From: a virus
DNA length: 42,063 bases
Virus record (IMG/VR): IMGVR_UViG_2645727538_000003
Direction: 5' to 3' (one strand)
The position numbers were made by a program, and so were the translations under genes. Each line of letters opens with the position of its first letter. Position 1 is the stretch's first letter. Below, in pieces: positions 18,575 through 33,208 of the stretch. The notes under the pieces were generated by a model, which was not told the DNA's origin, made no database searches, and saw only the letters and a list, made by a program, of their open reading frames with translations.

Positions 18575-18892
18575 ATGCATGTTCTTTATTACGATGAGAA
18601 CTTTATGTACGCTGGAGAAGACTTCATTGAAGGCGATGTTCTCCCTCCAAATAGTACAACTGCTGTCCCAGACCCCACAATAATCTTGCCCAAATATGAT
18701 CCCAAGAAAAATAAATGGATTGAATCAGCAACTGAAGAATACAAGGATAGCGTTAAACCAGATACTCCTGAGCCTAGCGATATTGACATTTTAGGACAAA
18801 CACTGTCCCAACTCCGTATAAGTTTGTTACAAGTCAACAAAACAATAAACACAATGTTAAAAGATATTGCCGATCTAAAGGGAGGTTCATAA
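18575..18892 (+). CDS. yomQ: Tail fibre chaperone-like protein
   Basis: YDENF.Y.G...P.NSTT..P....PKYD....WIE pattern; ATG behind AGGTGA. Confidence 0.65.
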   Translation: MHVLYYDENFMYAGEDFIEGDVLPPNSTTAVPDPTIILPKYDPKKNKWIESATEEYKDSVKPDTPEPSDIDILGQTLSQLRISLLQVNKTINTMLKDIADLKGGS

Positions 18893-18893
18893 A

Positions 18894-19094
18894 ATAACTA
18901 CAGCTACATATAATTATTGGGTTAAGGCCCTGAGTCGGAAATGGGCAACCGTCGATCAAGTCAAAGAAGCTTACCAGGAATTCAACGATGTGACAAAAGA
19001 AGAGCTACAATTAGGCGTAAAGAATGGCTTAGTCACATTAGAAGAGTACAAAGAAATCACTGGCGAAGACTACGAAGAAGCAGAGACAGAATAA
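18894..19094 (+). CDS. yomP: XkdX-family protein with ATA start (non-canonical start or start-loss pseudogene); missed by ORF track
   Basis: Translates (I/M)TTATYNYWVKALSRKW...GLVTLEEYKEITGEDYEEAETE; GGAGG 8 nt before ATA; in-frame stop at 18876-18878. Confidence 0.75.
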   Translation: MTTATYNYWVKALSRKWATVDQVKEAYQEFNDVTKEELQLGVKNGLVTLEEYKEITGEDYEEAETE

Positions 19095-19108
19095 AATACA
19101 AGTTTTAT
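19091..19108. repeat. ATAAAA-N6-TTTTAT palindromic site
   Basis: ATAAAA tacaag TTTTAT, overlapping the yomP stop codon. Confidence 0.7.
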
Positions 19109-19110
19109 TT

Positions 19111-19142
19111 AGACACCTCTCCCCTTTTGAGGTGTCTTTTTT
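19111..19142 (+). terminator. Intrinsic terminator after the tail fibre block
   Basis: AGACACCTC...GAGGTGTCT + TTTTT. Confidence 0.75.
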
Positions 19143-19176
19143 AATGTGTGCAGAGGATATATAAGGAGGAATTGAA

Positions 19177-19662
19177 ATGGCATCGAAAAAATTAAATCTT
19201 GGGTTGATCGAAGAAAGTGTAAGCAAATATGACAAGAAAGAACGAGTGCAACTAACTGATGACGTTCATGTTTTTATTTACCCGTACTTCTCCCCTACCC
19301 GCTTAACCAAAATGCTTACTGAATTAATTACGGATCCACAAAATGCTCAAGAAAAAAACATTGACTTTAAAAGCATAAATCCTGTTCAATGGGGATTCTT
19401 TTCACTAATTAAAGAATTTACAGACTTGGGTATTCCAAGTGATATCAAAAACAAAGTTAAGTGGTTTGTTAAGCTTGTGGACTCTGAATTTTTCCCATTG
19501 ATTATTAGTAGCTTCCCTGAAGAAAGCATGAAAAAATTTGGAGAAGCAACAAAGATGATGCAAGAGAATTTAGACAAACTTTCAAACATATCTCCTGAAG
19601 AAATAAATGATCTCATCCTTAATAAGGTCGAAGAGATTGAAAATGAACAAGAGGCTGAATAA
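19177..19662 (+). CDS. yomO: Putative tail assembly chaperone
   Basis: 161 aa; strong RBS AAGGAGG; synteny. Confidence 0.6.
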   Translation: MASKKLNLGLIEESVSKYDKKERVQLTDDVHVFIYPYFSPTRLTKMLTELITDPQNAQEKNIDFKSINPVQWGFFSLIKEFTDLGIPSDIKNKVKWFVKLVDSEFFPLIISSFPEESMKKFGEATKMMQENLDKLSNISPEEINDLILNKVEEIENEQEAE

Positions 19663-20078
19663 TGGCCAAGAACATAAAAGAAATAGCAGCACTAATTGAA
19701 TTTGCCGCAAAGCAAGCCGTTCAAAAACAATCCAACACAAAAAATACGATGATTAAAACGGGTCAAGAGCATGTGCAATCTGATGTATATGACACATACG
19801 ATCCTCTTGTATATGAACGTACTTCTCTTTTGAAGGACTCTTTTGTCATTCAAAACGAATCTAACGGAATTTCATTAGACAATACCCGTGAAGACAACGG
19901 CAAGGATGTTGCTACGGTTGTTGAGACTGGTCAAGGATACACATATCCAGATAAATACGGTTATGGTTACGGAAAACCTCGCCCATTTATGAAGAATACT
20001 GCTGACTCCTTAAAAGATGGACGATTAGTTGCTACTATGAAAAAAGATTTAAATGCAAGTGGTATTAAAACAGAATAA
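19662..20078 (+). CDS. yomN: HK97-gp10-like tail completion protein
   Basis: YERT..LKDS...VE.G...PRPFM motif. Confidence 0.7.
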   Translation: MAKNIKEIAALIEFAAKQAVQKQSNTKNTMIKTGQEHVQSDVYDTYDPLVYERTSLLKDSFVIQNESNGISLDNTREDNGKDVATVVETGQGYTYPDKYGYGYGKPRPFMKNTADSLKDGRLVATMKKDLNASGIKTE

Positions 20079-20091
20079 CGGTGGTGTATTA

Positions 20092-21093
20092 ATGGCCAGA
20101 GAAATAAAACAAAACATGATGCGCTCTAGAGCCGAAAAGTTGCCCGAAGTCACGGATGAAATGTGGGGTCAGGTTGATGACGAGCATAGAAGCTTAACAC
20201 AAGAATTTCTTGATGCCCACTCATTCCGAGATAAAACCAGGAAGCAATACAACTCCTCTCTTCGTCAGTTCTTCTGGTGGGTGCATAATTCCTTGAATGG
20301 GAAGAAGCTTTACAAAATATCCAAAAGGGATTTCATCAGATATCAAAGCTTCCTGAAAAATAGAGGGATGTCTTCAAGTGGAATCGCTTTAAAAAAGGCT
20401 GGAGTATCTTCTTTAAATAACTATATCGAGAATGTTGTTGCTGAAGATGACGATAATTATAAGTCATTCAGGAACTTCACAAGAGGTCTTCCTGCCATCC
20501 CTAAAACAACTACGTATGAAAAAGTAAAAGTTACTTACGATGAATACAGAACAATGATGAAAGTGCTTGAAGAAGATAAGAACTATTTGGGGATGGCTTG
20601 GTTAGCTACTGCTTTTAATGTAGGTGCCAGAAGAGCTGAAATTATTCAGTTTAAAACCGAAATCCTGAATTATGAGATACCTGAAGGTCAATCTTATGTC
20701 ATGGCTCACAAAGTTCTTGGAAAAGGAAAAGGCGAAGGGAAACCCCTCGACTACATGATTAACACAGAAGCTCTGGAATATTTGAAGCTTTGGCATGAAC
20801 AACGGGGATATGACCATGAGTATCTATTTACTACACAGTACGGTGGCCAACCAAGACAAATGTCAGAGGGTTGGGCTGACTATTTTTGTTCTGATGTTCT
20901 TTCTGATATCCTCGGCCGCCGCATTAACCCTCACCTCTTTAAAGCCTCCTGTATTACTTACCTTCTTGAAGTCAAGAAAATTAAGATTGAGCTCGTGAGT
21001 AAATATGTTGCACAGCATAATGATGTGTCTACAACAATTAAGCATTACGACCTTCGTGATTTTAAAGAAGAAAAGAATCAAATCTTCTCGTAA
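20092..21093 (+). CDS. yomM: Tyrosine recombinase/integrase-like protein
   Basis: SAM-like N-domain; GARRAE, GKG, HLFKAS (HxxK), QH...TTIKHY; 333 aa from ATG 20092. Confidence 0.85.
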   Translation: MAREIKQNMMRSRAEKLPEVTDEMWGQVDDEHRSLTQEFLDAHSFRDKTRKQYNSSLRQFFWWVHNSLNGKKLYKISKRDFIRYQSFLKNRGMSSSGIALKKAGVSSLNNYIENVVAEDDDNYKSFRNFTRGLPAIPKTTTYEKVKVTYDEYRTMMKVLEEDKNYLGMAWLATAFNVGARRAEIIQFKTEILNYEIPEGQSYVMAHKVLGKGKGEGKPLDYMINTEALEYLKLWHEQRGYDHEYLFTTQYGGQPRQMSEGWADYFCSDVLSDILGRRINPHLFKASCITYLLEVKKIKIELVSKYVAQHNDVSTTIKHYDLRDFKEEKNQIFS

Positions 21094-21098
21094 ACATT

Positions 21099-21353
21099 AT
21101 GAGCCTCTTCAATCCTCACCAAAGTTCAATTGAGAATATGCAACAGCAAATTAATAAATTGAACGAAGCTGTTGCTGAATTAACTAGGCAGCTTGATGCT
21201 AAAGCTGATAAGAACCAATTCGGATCTAAACAGATTGATGAATCCAAGATCAGTGATGGTAAAGTTCTTGTTTACAACGCAAGCACCGGTAAACTTGAAT
21301 ACGGGAAGATTAAGAAAAGCTTGTTGGGTGACATATCAATTGATTTGCTTTAG
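21099..21353 (+). CDS. Small coiled-coil phage protein (yozP position)
   Basis: 84 aa; DGKVLVYNASTGK fibre-like motif; 5 nt after yomM. Confidence 0.6.
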   Translation: MSLFNPHQSSIENMQQQINKLNEAVAELTRQLDAKADKNQFGSKQIDESKISDGKVLVYNASTGKLEYGKIKKSLLGDISIDLL

Positions 21354-21365
21354 GCAGCACTCTTT

Positions 21366-21383
21366 ATGAAATCCCTCTTTTAT
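21366..21383. repeat. ATGAAA-N6-TTTTAT palindromic site variant
   Basis: ATGAAA tccctc TTTTAT. Confidence 0.55.
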
Positions 21384-21390
21384 TCAGAAT

Positions 21391-21416
21391 CAAAATCCTT
21401 CAATTGAGGGATTTTG
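21391..21416. terminator. Hairpin separating the late operon from the membrane-gene island
   Basis: CAAAATCCTTC-aatt-GAGGGATTTTG. Confidence 0.6.
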
Positions 21417-21475
21417 CTTATGGATAAAACTTAAACATGTTTCCATATTTGACGATAATATGGAGAGGTGATTGT

Positions 21476-21949
21476 ATGGAAGCAGTTAAGGCCTATAAGA
21501 ATATTTATAAACATAAATTTGCTGAAAAATTAATATGCTCCAGTAATGAAGAGCTCCTTAAATTTATCGAAGAAGAATTCCCTAGAAAGCCTATCAGTTC
21601 TTATAATACTTACAAACAAAAAATAGAGGCACTGAGCACCTTAGATGACACAGAATTAAATTTAGCAATAGCTAGAATGACCAATATTGAAAATATACAC
21701 GATCACACCAAACTTTGGCCTGTTGGAAGTTTATTAGTAGCCACCTCTTTTATTGCTCTACAAATCATATTAAAAGTGAATATAACAAAAATAGATAAAG
21801 ACAACTATCTTAACGCTTTGTACTATGTTTTGTTGGCTATGGCTGTGTGTTTATCATTCTTATTAAGTATGCAAAAAGAAAGAAAAAAAGTAGTAACGGC
21901 AAGCTTTTTCAAGGAATTGTTGATTCAAATTAAGTCAGATAAGGATTAA
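21476..21949 (+). CDS. 2-TM membrane protein (yomK position); accessory
   Basis: ATG 21476 behind GGAGAGGTG; two hydrophobic helices in the C-terminal half; AT-rich. Confidence 0.65.
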   Translation: MEAVKAYKNIYKHKFAEKLICSSNEELLKFIEEEFPRKPISSYNTYKQKIEALSTLDDTELNLAIARMTNIENIHDHTKLWPVGSLLVATSFIALQIILKVNITKIDKDNYLNALYYVLLAMAVCLSFLLSMQKERKKVVTASFFKELLIQIKSDKD

Positions 21950-21959
21950 TGTTGAGTTA

Positions 21960-21988
21960 TTCTAACTCACTGGAAACCATGATATAAT
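21960..21988 (+). promoter_or_regulatory. SigA-type promoter for yomJ
   Basis: TTCTAA-N17-TATAAT with extended -10 TG (TGaTATAAT at 21980-21988). Confidence 0.65.
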
Positions 21989-22016
21989 GTAGGAAAATAA
22001 TACTGGTGGTGGTTGG

Positions 22017-22697
22017 ATGGGTTATAAGATTATGGCTTATGGCGGCTATTTTTTATTCAGCCTTTTCTTCTGTTTAATGGATGGTTGGAAACCTCTGGGA
22101 GTTTGCTTGACAATCCTAGGCTTACTTATATTAGCTACTGAGCCGTACAGGATAAAATCCGCAGCACTTGCAGATAAGATTAGAAAAAATGCTGAAATGC
22201 TAAAGGCCTACGATAGCGAATTTAATCCTGATAATTTCTTTAGCACTTATAAAACCAAAATTGCTTATAATGAAGATAAGAGTATTCTTAAGGTATATCA
22301 GCTTAATGGCGAAGAAATAAACGAGTATGTTATCCCTTTTGACCAAATTATTCAATCTGAAATCTCACTGGATGATCAGGTGATTTCGAAGGTTGCCAAA
22401 TCAGGGATTATTGCTGGAGGATTATTAGGTGGTGGAATCGGTGCAGCAATTGGCGGTTTGTCAGCCTCCTCTACTCAAACAGAAATGGTGAAGTCAATTA
22501 CGCTTAAAATTACAGTCGAAAACCTCAAAAATCCTATACACTATATCCACTTCCTTCCTTCTCGTGAGGATGATGGATATGAACCTCAAGGTTATAAAAA
22601 AGACGGTAATATAATTCAACAGGCTTTGAAAAACGCCGAATATTGGCAAAGTGTTATGGATGTAATTATCAAGAAAACAAGTACAGTCGCTCAATAA
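22017..22697 (+). CDS. yomJ: Membrane-anchored protein; putative immunity/superinfection exclusion
   Basis: 226 aa; 2 N-terminal TM helices; glycine zipper GGLLGGGIGAAIGG; own promoter and terminator. Confidence 0.7.
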   Translation: MGYKIMAYGGYFLFSLFFCLMDGWKPLGVCLTILGLLILATEPYRIKSAALADKIRKNAEMLKAYDSEFNPDNFFSTYKTKIAYNEDKSILKVYQLNGEEINEYVIPFDQIIQSEISLDDQVISKVAKSGIIAGGLLGGGIGAAIGGLSASSTQTEMVKSITLKITVENLKNPIHYIHFLPSREDDGYEPQGYKKDGNIIQQALKNAEYWQSVMDVIIKKTSTVAQ

Positions 22698-22717
22698 TTT
22701 GAGTGGCTTTTTTATTT
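22685..22717 (+). terminator. Terminator after yomJ
   Basis: AGTCGCTCAA-taat-TTGAGTGGCT + TTTTATTT. Confidence 0.7.
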
Positions 22718-22755
22718 GCTCTGATTAGCCCCACTTGAAAGGATGTGACTTATTT

Positions 22756-25700
22756 TTGAGTCAAGATTTAAAAATAATATTGACCCCAAAAGCTGATACC
22801 TCCTCAAAGACTGTCGAACAGTTAAATCAGCAAATTAAATCTTTAGAGAAAAAGCTTAATTCCCTTAATTTAAAGACCAATATTGATGCCTCTGCTTTAA
22901 AGACTCTCAACGACTTCTCCTCTGCGGTTGACACTTACCAAAAACATCTCAAATCCTTCAATCAAACAATTAAAGAAACTACAATGATTACCAGAAATGC
23001 TGATGGCACTGTTGAAAAACTTACGCAGCAGTATAAGAAAAATGGCGAAATCATTCAGCGTGAAACAAAGACCATAGACAATCGCAATCAATCATTACGA
23101 GAACAAACGCAAGAAGTTAACAGGCTTGCTCAAGCGACTGAAAAACTAGGTCAGGTACAGAAAAGAACAGAACAGAAGAATTCTCAAGGACAAACAACGA
23201 GGGTTACTCAAAAGAACCGCAATGGGTTCGATGATATAACATATACGACTGATCCAAAAACAAACGCTACTACGTCAAAAGTAACAACGAATTATGATCA
23301 ACAACGAAAAGCTATTGAACAATTAAAGCTAGATTTAGAAAAACTTAGACAGCAAGGAATTGTAACTGACACCACCCTCTCTTCTCTTGGACGGAAATTA
23401 AACACTGCTCAAACAGCTCAACAAATTGAAGCATTACAAAACAGAATTAAAATGCTCGATGATAAGTCTGCTGCTGTAGCTAAAAATAATGAACTCCGAA
23501 AAACTATTGAGCTTTATCAACGGCAAGCGCAGGTAAACGTACAAAACCTTAATACGCGTTATGGCGATACGATGGGCGCTGGAAGTAGACAAGCTATCCA
23601 AGAATATCTGAATGCAGTTAATAGTCTTAACGTAAGTGTCGGCGGAAGCAATATCAGATCTCAAATGCAAAGCTTGAACATGCAATTCAGGGAATTGGCT
23701 TCAAATGCGCAATCAGCAACTAGTCAAGCCTCTTCTTTCGGCGCGGAGCTAACACAAGCTTTCAAAAGTATGTCTACATATTTAATCTCTGGTTCTTTGT
23801 TCTACGGCGCTATATCTGGACTCAAGGAAATGGTATCTCAGGCTGTTGAAATTGATACTCTAATGACAAACATCAGACGTGTGATGAATGAGCCTGATTA
23901 CAAGTACAATGAACTTCTTCAAGAGTCAATCGATTTAGGTGACACACTTTCAAACAAAATCACTGACATTCTCCAAATGACCGGTGATTTCGGGCGTATG
24001 GGCTTCGATGAAAGTGAATTGTCCACTCTAACAAAAACCGCCCAGGTTCTACAAAACGTCTCTGACTTAACTCCTGATGACACAGTTAACACTTTAACTG
24101 CCGCCATGTTAAACTTCAATATTGCAGCCAATGATACAATTTCAATTGCAGACAAGCTAAATGAAGTGGATAACAATTACGCAGTAACTACTCTTGATCT
24201 GGCCAATTCTATTCGGAAAGCAGGAAGCACCGCTTCGACTTTCGGCGTTGAATTAAACGATCTGATTGGTTATACTACAGCAATTGCAAGTACCACTCGT
24301 GAATCAGGAAACGTTGTTGGTAACTCACTTAAAACTATTTTTGCCCGGATAGGAAACAACCGAAGCGCAATCAAAGCGTTGGATGAAATCGGAATTTCTG
24401 TAAAGACTGCAGGTGGAGAAGTAAAATCTGCGAGTGAGTTGATTAATGAGGTAGCAGCCAAATGGAACACATTAACTGATGCTCAAAGACAAAACACTTC
24501 TATTGGCGTTGCGAATATCCATCAATTGTCTCGATTTAATGCCTTAATGAACAACTTCTCTATCGCCCAAAATGCCGCAACAACTGCTTCTAATTCTGCA
24601 GGTAGCGCTTGGAGCGAACAACAGAAATACGCAGATAGCTTACAAGCAAGATTAAATAAACTTCAAAACAATTTCACCGAATTGGCTATAGCTTCATCGG
24701 ATGCCTTTATTAGCGACGGATTGATTGAGTTCACTCAAGCTCTGGGTTCTTTGTTAAAAGCATCTACTGGAATAATAAACACTGTTGGTTTCCTCCCCCC
24801 TCTTTTTGTAACGATTAGCACCGCTACATTGTTACTCAGTAAAAACACTCGAACTTTAGCTACTACTCTTATATTTGGCTCAAAAGCAATGAGACAAGAA
24901 GCATTAGCTAGCATCGGATTAGAAGCAGGTATGACCCGCGCTGCTATTGCATCAAGGGTTTTGAAAACTGCTCTTAGAGGGCTTCTGGTTTCCTCAGTGG
25001 TTGGGGTTGCATTTGTTGCACTGGGCTTTGCTTTAGAAAGCGTAGTTTCATCATTCGCAGATGCCAAAAAAGCTAAAGATGATTTTGAACAGAGTCAACA
25101 GACTAATGTTGAAGCAATTACAACCAACAAAGACTCCACAGATAAACTGATCAAACAGTACAAAGAGCTTCAAAAAGCTAAGGAATCAAGAACCCTTTCA
25201 TCAGACGAAGAACAAGAATACCTTCAAGTTACTCAGCAATTGGCTCAGACCTTCCCCGCTTTAATTCAAGGTTATGACTCTCAAGGAAATGCTATTTTAA
25301 AAAGTAATAAAGCTTTAGAAGAGGCTATTGCAAATACTAAAGAATATCTTGAACTTAAAAAGACGGAAACTAAAGATAGCTCTAAGAAAACATTCGAAGA
25401 CGCTGCTAAAGAAATCAAAAAGTCTAAGGATGAACTGAAGCAGTACAAACAAATCGCTGATTATAATGATAAAGGTAGACCAAAATGGGACTTCCTTGCT
25501 GATGATGACGATTATAAAATTGCAGCTGATAAAGCGAAACAAGGAATGCTTAAAGCGCAGTCTGATATAGCAAGTGGAAATGCAAAGGTTAGAGACAGTG
25601 TCCTCTCAATCGCCCAAGCATACAGTTCTATAGATATCAGCAACACTTTAAAGACGAGTATCAATGATATTGTTGGTAAACTCACTTTAAAAGATGATTT

Positions 25701-28700
25701 GAATCCTGATGATCTCGATAAATTCTCTTCTGCACTGGGTAAACTCCAAGAGAAAATGCAAACGGCGTTGAATTCAAACGATGAAAAAGCATTTGATAAC
25801 GCAAAAAAAGACCTGCAAACTCTTTTAGAGACCTATGCTGACTCTGGTTCATCAATTGATGTCTTTAAGTTGAGTTTTGATAAGGCACAAAAGAATATTA
25901 AAGATGGCGACAAAGCCATTTCTTCTGTTAAATCTGAAGTTGGTGATTTAGGGGAAACTCTTGCTGAGGCAGGTAACGAAGCTGAAGATTTTGGTCAAAA
26001 GCTCAAAGAAGCACTCGACGCAAATGATATCAGTCAGATTAAAGATGTAATCAAAGGCATGTCAGAATCAATGCAGTTTGACTCTGTTCAAGGCATTCTT
26101 AACGGGGATATTTTTAATAACACTAAAGAACAAGTTGCTCCTTTAAATGAACTTTTAGAAAAGATGGCTGAAGGAAAGAGCATTTCTGCCAATGAAGCTA
26201 ATGCTCTAATCCAAAAAGATAAAGAATTAGCCAAAGCAATAAGTTATGAAAATGGTGTTATAAAGGTTAACCGAGATGAAGTAATTCGTCAGCGAAAAGT
26301 TAAGCTCGATGCATATAATGACATGGTTCAATATAGTAATAAGCTAATGAAAACTGAAGTCAATAATGCCATTAAAACCTTAAACGCTGATTCTTTACGA
26401 ATTGACAGCCTTAGAAAGCTTCGGAGAGAGCGTAAGCTCGATATATCCGAGGCAGAATTGTCTCAGCTCGAAGTTAAATCAATTAATAATGTAGCTGATG
26501 CGAAGAAAGAATTACATAAGATTGAAGAAAAAATGTTGCAACCTGGTGGATTTTCTAACAGCCAAATCTCTGCAATGGATAGCGTTAGAGCTGCTCTTAA
26601 ATCCTACATCTCAGCATCTGAAGAAGCTACATCTACTCAGGAAACAAACAAACAAGCGTTAATAGAATCAGGTACTTCCCTTGAAAAATGGACAGACGAG
26701 CAAGAGAAAGCAAATGAAGAAACCAAAACGTCCATGTACGTGGCTGATAAATACAAGGAAGCTCTGGAGAAAGTTAATGCTGAAGTCGAAAAGTACAATA
26801 AGCAAGTAAACGACTATCCAAAGTATTCCCAAAGTTATCGAAATGCCCTGCAGAAAGAAATTAAAGCTCTTCAACAAAAGAAAAAGCTTATGCAGGAGCA
26901 AGCCAAACTCCTCAAGGATCAAATTAAATCAGGGAACATTGCACAATACGGTATAGTTACCTCCTCCCTTTCCTCTGGTTCATCTTCCGGTGGTTCTTAT
27001 TCTTCTGGTGGTGGGTCTTACTCGGGTAAATACTCCAGCTACATTAATTCTGCCGCAAGCAAATATGGTGTCGATCCAGCTCTAATTGCAGCTGTAATCC
27101 AACAAGAATCAGGATTCAACGCTAGAGCTCGTTCTGGAGCAGGCGCAGCCGGATTAATGCAGTTGATGCCTTCCACTGCTAAAAGCTTAGGCGTAAACAA
27201 TGTTTATGATCCTTATCAGAGCATTATGGGTGGCACGAAATATTTAGCCCAACAACTAAACAAATTTGGTGGCAATGTTGAAAAAGCACTTGCTGCTTAT
27301 AACGCAGGGCCTGGTAATGTAATTAAATATGGTGGAGTCCCTCCCTTCAAAGAAACACAGAATTATGTTCAGAAGATCATGTCAAATTACACCAAGTCAA
27401 TGACTTCTGCTAATTCCTCTATTGCAAGCTACTACACGAAGAACAGTGCGTTTAGAATAAGTTCTAAGTATGGTGCACAAGATGGCGCTTACCGATCAAC
27501 TCCACACAAAGGTATCGACTTCGCAGCAAAAGCTGGAACCGCAATTAAATCGGTTCAGAGTGGGAAAGTTCAAATTGCTGGCTATAGTAAAACTGCCGGT
27601 AACTGGGTTGTCATTCAACAGGATGATGGAAAAGTTGCTAAGTATATGCATATGCTTGATACCCCTTCTGTTAAAGCCGGTCAAACGGTTAAAGCTGGCC
27701 AGACCATCGGTAAAGTTGGCAGTACGGGTAATTCAACTGGAAATCACCTTCATCTTCAAATTGAGGAAAACGGAAAGACAATTGACCCTGAGAAGTATTT
27801 AAAAGGTGTCGGTACATCTATTTCAGATGCATCTCAAGCTGAAGCAGAACGACAACAAGCAATAGCGCAAGCTAAATCCGACCTCCTCTCCCTTCAAGGT
27901 GACATTGACTCAGTAAACGATCAGATACAAGAGCTCAGATATGAGATCGTTCAATCGAAGCTCGATGAGTATGACAAACGTATTGGTGATTTTGATGTAA
28001 GAATCGCTAAAGACAAAGCCCTCGCTAGTCATTATCTGAGCGATAGTAAAGAGTTCCGTAAGTATACAAACGATCAGAAAAAAGCTTTAACTGAACAGCA
28101 AAAGATTCAAAGTCAGAAGGTTTCTTTTATTGAAAAAGAAATCAAAACAAACAAAACTCTGAATGCCGCTCAAAGAGCACAGCTTGCTGAGGAATTAAAA
28201 CAAGCTAAGATTGATCTCATCAATTTCCAAGAAGAAGTAAGAGAACTTCAGGGACAGCTCATCCAATCCAAAGTTGATGAAACGCTTAACGGTATAGAGA
28301 AATCAACCAAGAAAACTGAATCCAAGCTTAAAGATGTTAGCAACAAAATATCCATGACCGAGGAAGATAAAGACAAGGTTAAATATTATAGCCAACAGAT
28401 TAAGCTTATTCAGCAGCAACAGAATGAAGCGAAGAAGTATATCAAACAGTTGGAAGCACAAAAGAAAGCTGCTAAAGGATTCCCGGATATTCAGAAACAA
28501 ATTACTGAAGAAATCGAGAACTGGAAAGACAAGCAGAAGGATTACAACCTGGAGCTTTACAACACAAAGAAATCAATCAAAGATGTGTACAAATCTCTTG
28601 CTGATGAAGTTGTCTCTATCTACAAAGAGATGTACGAAAAGATGCGTGATATCGAATTAAAAGCGCACCAAAAAGCTACACAAGACTTGATTGATGAGAT

Positions 28701-29646
28701 TGATAAAACTGATGATGAAGCTAAATACCAAAAAGAGCTCAAAGAAAAGAATCAGGCTATTCAAGAAACCAAAGATAAGCTAAACAAACTATCCCTTGAT
28801 GACTCAGATGAAGCAAAATCACAGGTTAAAGACTTAGAAAAGCAACTTCAAGAACAGCAAGAAGCATTAGATGAGTTTCTTAAAGATCGTGAAAACAGTA
28901 AACGAAAAGAATCGTTACAAGATCAGCTTCAAAAAGATGAAGATTCAATTAACAAGAAATATGATGATCTCGTTAATGATGAGCGTGGGTTTAAGGAACT
29001 TGAAAAAAAGCTAATGGATGGGAAGATTACTGATATTGCTAAGCAACTGAATGAATTCTCTAAGTTCATTAACAGCAATATGGAGTCCATAGGGAAAAGT
29101 ATCTCCAATAATCTTATCGATAAGCTTAAAGAAGCCTCCAATGCTCTGAATACTGTGACCAAGGGTAATAAAACTGGGAAAAAGGTATCCTCTTTTGCAT
29201 CAGGTGGATATACAGGTACAGGACTAGGTGCAGGTAAGCTCGCCTTCCTACACGATAAAGAGCTCATCCTTAATAAAACCGACACTGCAAATATCTTGGA
29301 TACAGTAAAAGCTGTACGTGAGAACAATGCTCCAAGAGAAGAGACGCCTAAATGGGGTCAAGGTGGAAAATTAGCAGCCTTGATTAACAAAGGAATCACC
29401 ACTATTCCATCAATAATTCCGAATATTAATCAATCAAGTCTTTCTAATAGTTTGATACCGAGCATTCAAAACCTCTCTTCCCCACCAGATGCAGCTAAGT
29501 CAGTAAATGGCACTATAAACAACAATGATTTTAAAGTTGAATTCACCATTAACGAATCAGGAAATCCTCAGAAAACAGCTGATTTTGTATTCAATAAATT
29601 TGCAAATGGTCTTAAAAACAAGGGCATAAATTTCAACAACTCATGA
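22756..29646 (+). CDS. cwlP: Tail tape measure protein with lytic transglycosylase (SLT) and M23 peptidase domains
   Basis: TP901-like TMP core; IQQESGFN...GLMQLMP...AYNAG (SLT); HKGID...HLH (M23); TTG start 22756 (yomI). Confidence 0.93.
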   Translation: MSQDLKIILTPKADTSSKTVEQLNQQIKSLEKKLNSLNLKTNIDASALKTLNDFSSAVDTYQKHLKSFNQTIKETTMITRNADGTVEKLTQQYKKNGEIIQRETKTIDNRNQSLREQTQEVNRLAQATEKLGQVQKRTEQKNSQGQTTRVTQKNRNGFDDITYTTDPKTNATTSKVTTNYDQQRKAIEQLKLDLEKLRQQGIVTDTTLSSLGRKLNTAQTAQQIEALQNRIKMLDDKSAAVAKNNELRKTIELYQRQAQVNVQNLNTRYGDTMGAGSRQAIQEYLNAVNSLNVSVGGSNIRSQMQSLNMQFRELASNAQSATSQASSFGAELTQAFKSMSTYLISGSLFYGAISGLKEMVSQAVEIDTLMTNIRRVMNEPDYKYNELLQESIDLGDTLSNKITDILQMTGDFGRMGFDESELSTLTKTAQVLQNVSDLTPDDTVNTLTAAMLNFNIAANDTISIADKLNEVDNNYAVTTLDLANSIRKAGSTASTFGVELNDLIGYTTAIASTTRESGNVVGNSLKTIFARIGNNRSAIKALDEIGISVKTAGGEVKSASELINEVAAKWNTLTDAQRQNTSIGVANIHQLSRFNALMNNFSIAQNAATTASNSAGSAWSEQQKYADSLQARLNKLQNNFTELAIASSDAFISDGLIEFTQALGSLLKASTGIINTVGFLPPLFVTISTATLLLSKNTRTLATTLIFGSKAMRQEALASIGLEAGMTRAAIASRVLKTALRGLLVSSVVGVAFVALGFALESVVSSFADAKKAKDDFEQSQQTNVEAITTNKDSTDKLIKQYKELQKAKESRTLSSDEEQEYLQVTQQLAQTFPALIQGYDSQGNAILKSNKALEEAIANTKEYLELKKTETKDSSKKTFEDAAKEIKKSKDELKQYKQIADYNDKGRPKWDFLADDDDYKIAADKAKQGMLKAQSDIASGNAKVRDSVLSIAQAYSSIDISNTLKTSINDIVGKLTLKDDLNPDDLDKFSSALGKLQEKMQTALNSNDEKAFDNAKKDLQTLLETYADSGSSIDVFKLSFDKAQKNIKDGDKAISSVKSEVGDLGETLAEAGNEAEDFGQKLKEALDANDISQIKDVIKGMSESMQFDSVQGILNGDIFNNTKEQVAPLNELLEKMAEGKSISANEANALIQKDKELAKAISYENGVIKVNRDEVIRQRKVKLDAYNDMVQYSNKLMKTEVNNAIKTLNADSLRIDSLRKLRRERKLDISEAELSQLEVKSINNVADAKKELHKIEEKMLQPGGFSNSQISAMDSVRAALKSYISASEEATSTQETNKQALIESGTSLEKWTDEQEKANEETKTSMYVADKYKEALEKVNAEVEKYNKQVNDYPKYSQSYRNALQKEIKALQQKKKLMQEQAKLLKDQIKSGNIAQYGIVTSSLSSGSSSGGSYSSGGGSYSGKYSSYINSAASKYGVDPALIAAVIQQESGFNARARSGAGAAGLMQLMPSTAKSLGVNNVYDPYQSIMGGTKYLAQQLNKFGGNVEKALAAYNAGPGNVIKYGGVPPFKETQNYVQKIMSNYTKSMTSANSSIASYYTKNSAFRISSKYGAQDGAYRSTPHKGIDFAAKAGTAIKSVQSGKVQIAGYSKTAGNWVVIQQDDGKVAKYMHMLDTPSVKAGQTVKAGQTIGKVGSTGNSTGNHLHLQIEENGKTIDPEKYLKGVGTSISDASQAEAERQQAIAQAKSDLLSLQGDIDSVNDQIQELRYEIVQSKLDEYDKRIGDFDVRIAKDKALASHYLSDSKEFRKYTNDQKKALTEQQKIQSQKVSFIEKEIKTNKTLNAAQRAQLAEELKQAKIDLINFQEEVRELQGQLIQSKVDETLNGIEKSTKKTESKLKDVSNKISMTEEDKDKVKYYSQQIKLIQQQQNEAKKYIKQLEAQKKAAKGFPDIQKQITEEIENWKDKQKDYNLELYNTKKSIKDVYKSLADEVVSIYKEMYEKMRDIELKAHQKATQDLIDEIDKTDDEAKYQKELKEKNQAIQETKDKLNKLSLDDSDEAKSQVKDLEKQLQEQQEALDEFLKDRENSKRKESLQDQLQKDEDSINKKYDDLVNDERGFKELEKKLMDGKITDIAKQLNEFSKFINSNMESIGKSISNNLIDKLKEASNALNTVTKGNKTGKKVSSFASGGYTGTGLGAGKLAFLHDKELILNKTDTANILDTVKAVRENNAPREETPKWGQGGKLAALINKGITTIPSIIPNINQSSLSNSLIPSIQNLSSPPDAAKSVNGTINNNDFKVEFTINESGNPQKTADFVFNKFANGLKNKGINFNNS

Positions 29647-29690
29647 GCCAGTGTATATGCTGGTTCTTCTTATTTTTGAGGTGATAAAAA

Positions 29691-33100
<3,410 letters not shown>

Positions 33101-33208
33101 ACAGGCGCTATTGGTTACGTCTTTTTGTTTTAAAGCCCACTTTATTTATATATATTAGATTCCTTTTCAATCATTAAGAAATCGTCGATAACCTCAGTCT
33201 TTACTCCC

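Noticed and set aside
18941-19144. 67-aa Arg-rich ORF from the track
   Set aside because: Alternative-frame shadow of the XkdX/yomP gene; runs through a terminator
26960-27040. Low-complexity TCT/GGT tract in cwlP
   Set aside because: Encodes an ordinary Ser/Gly linker before the SLT domain
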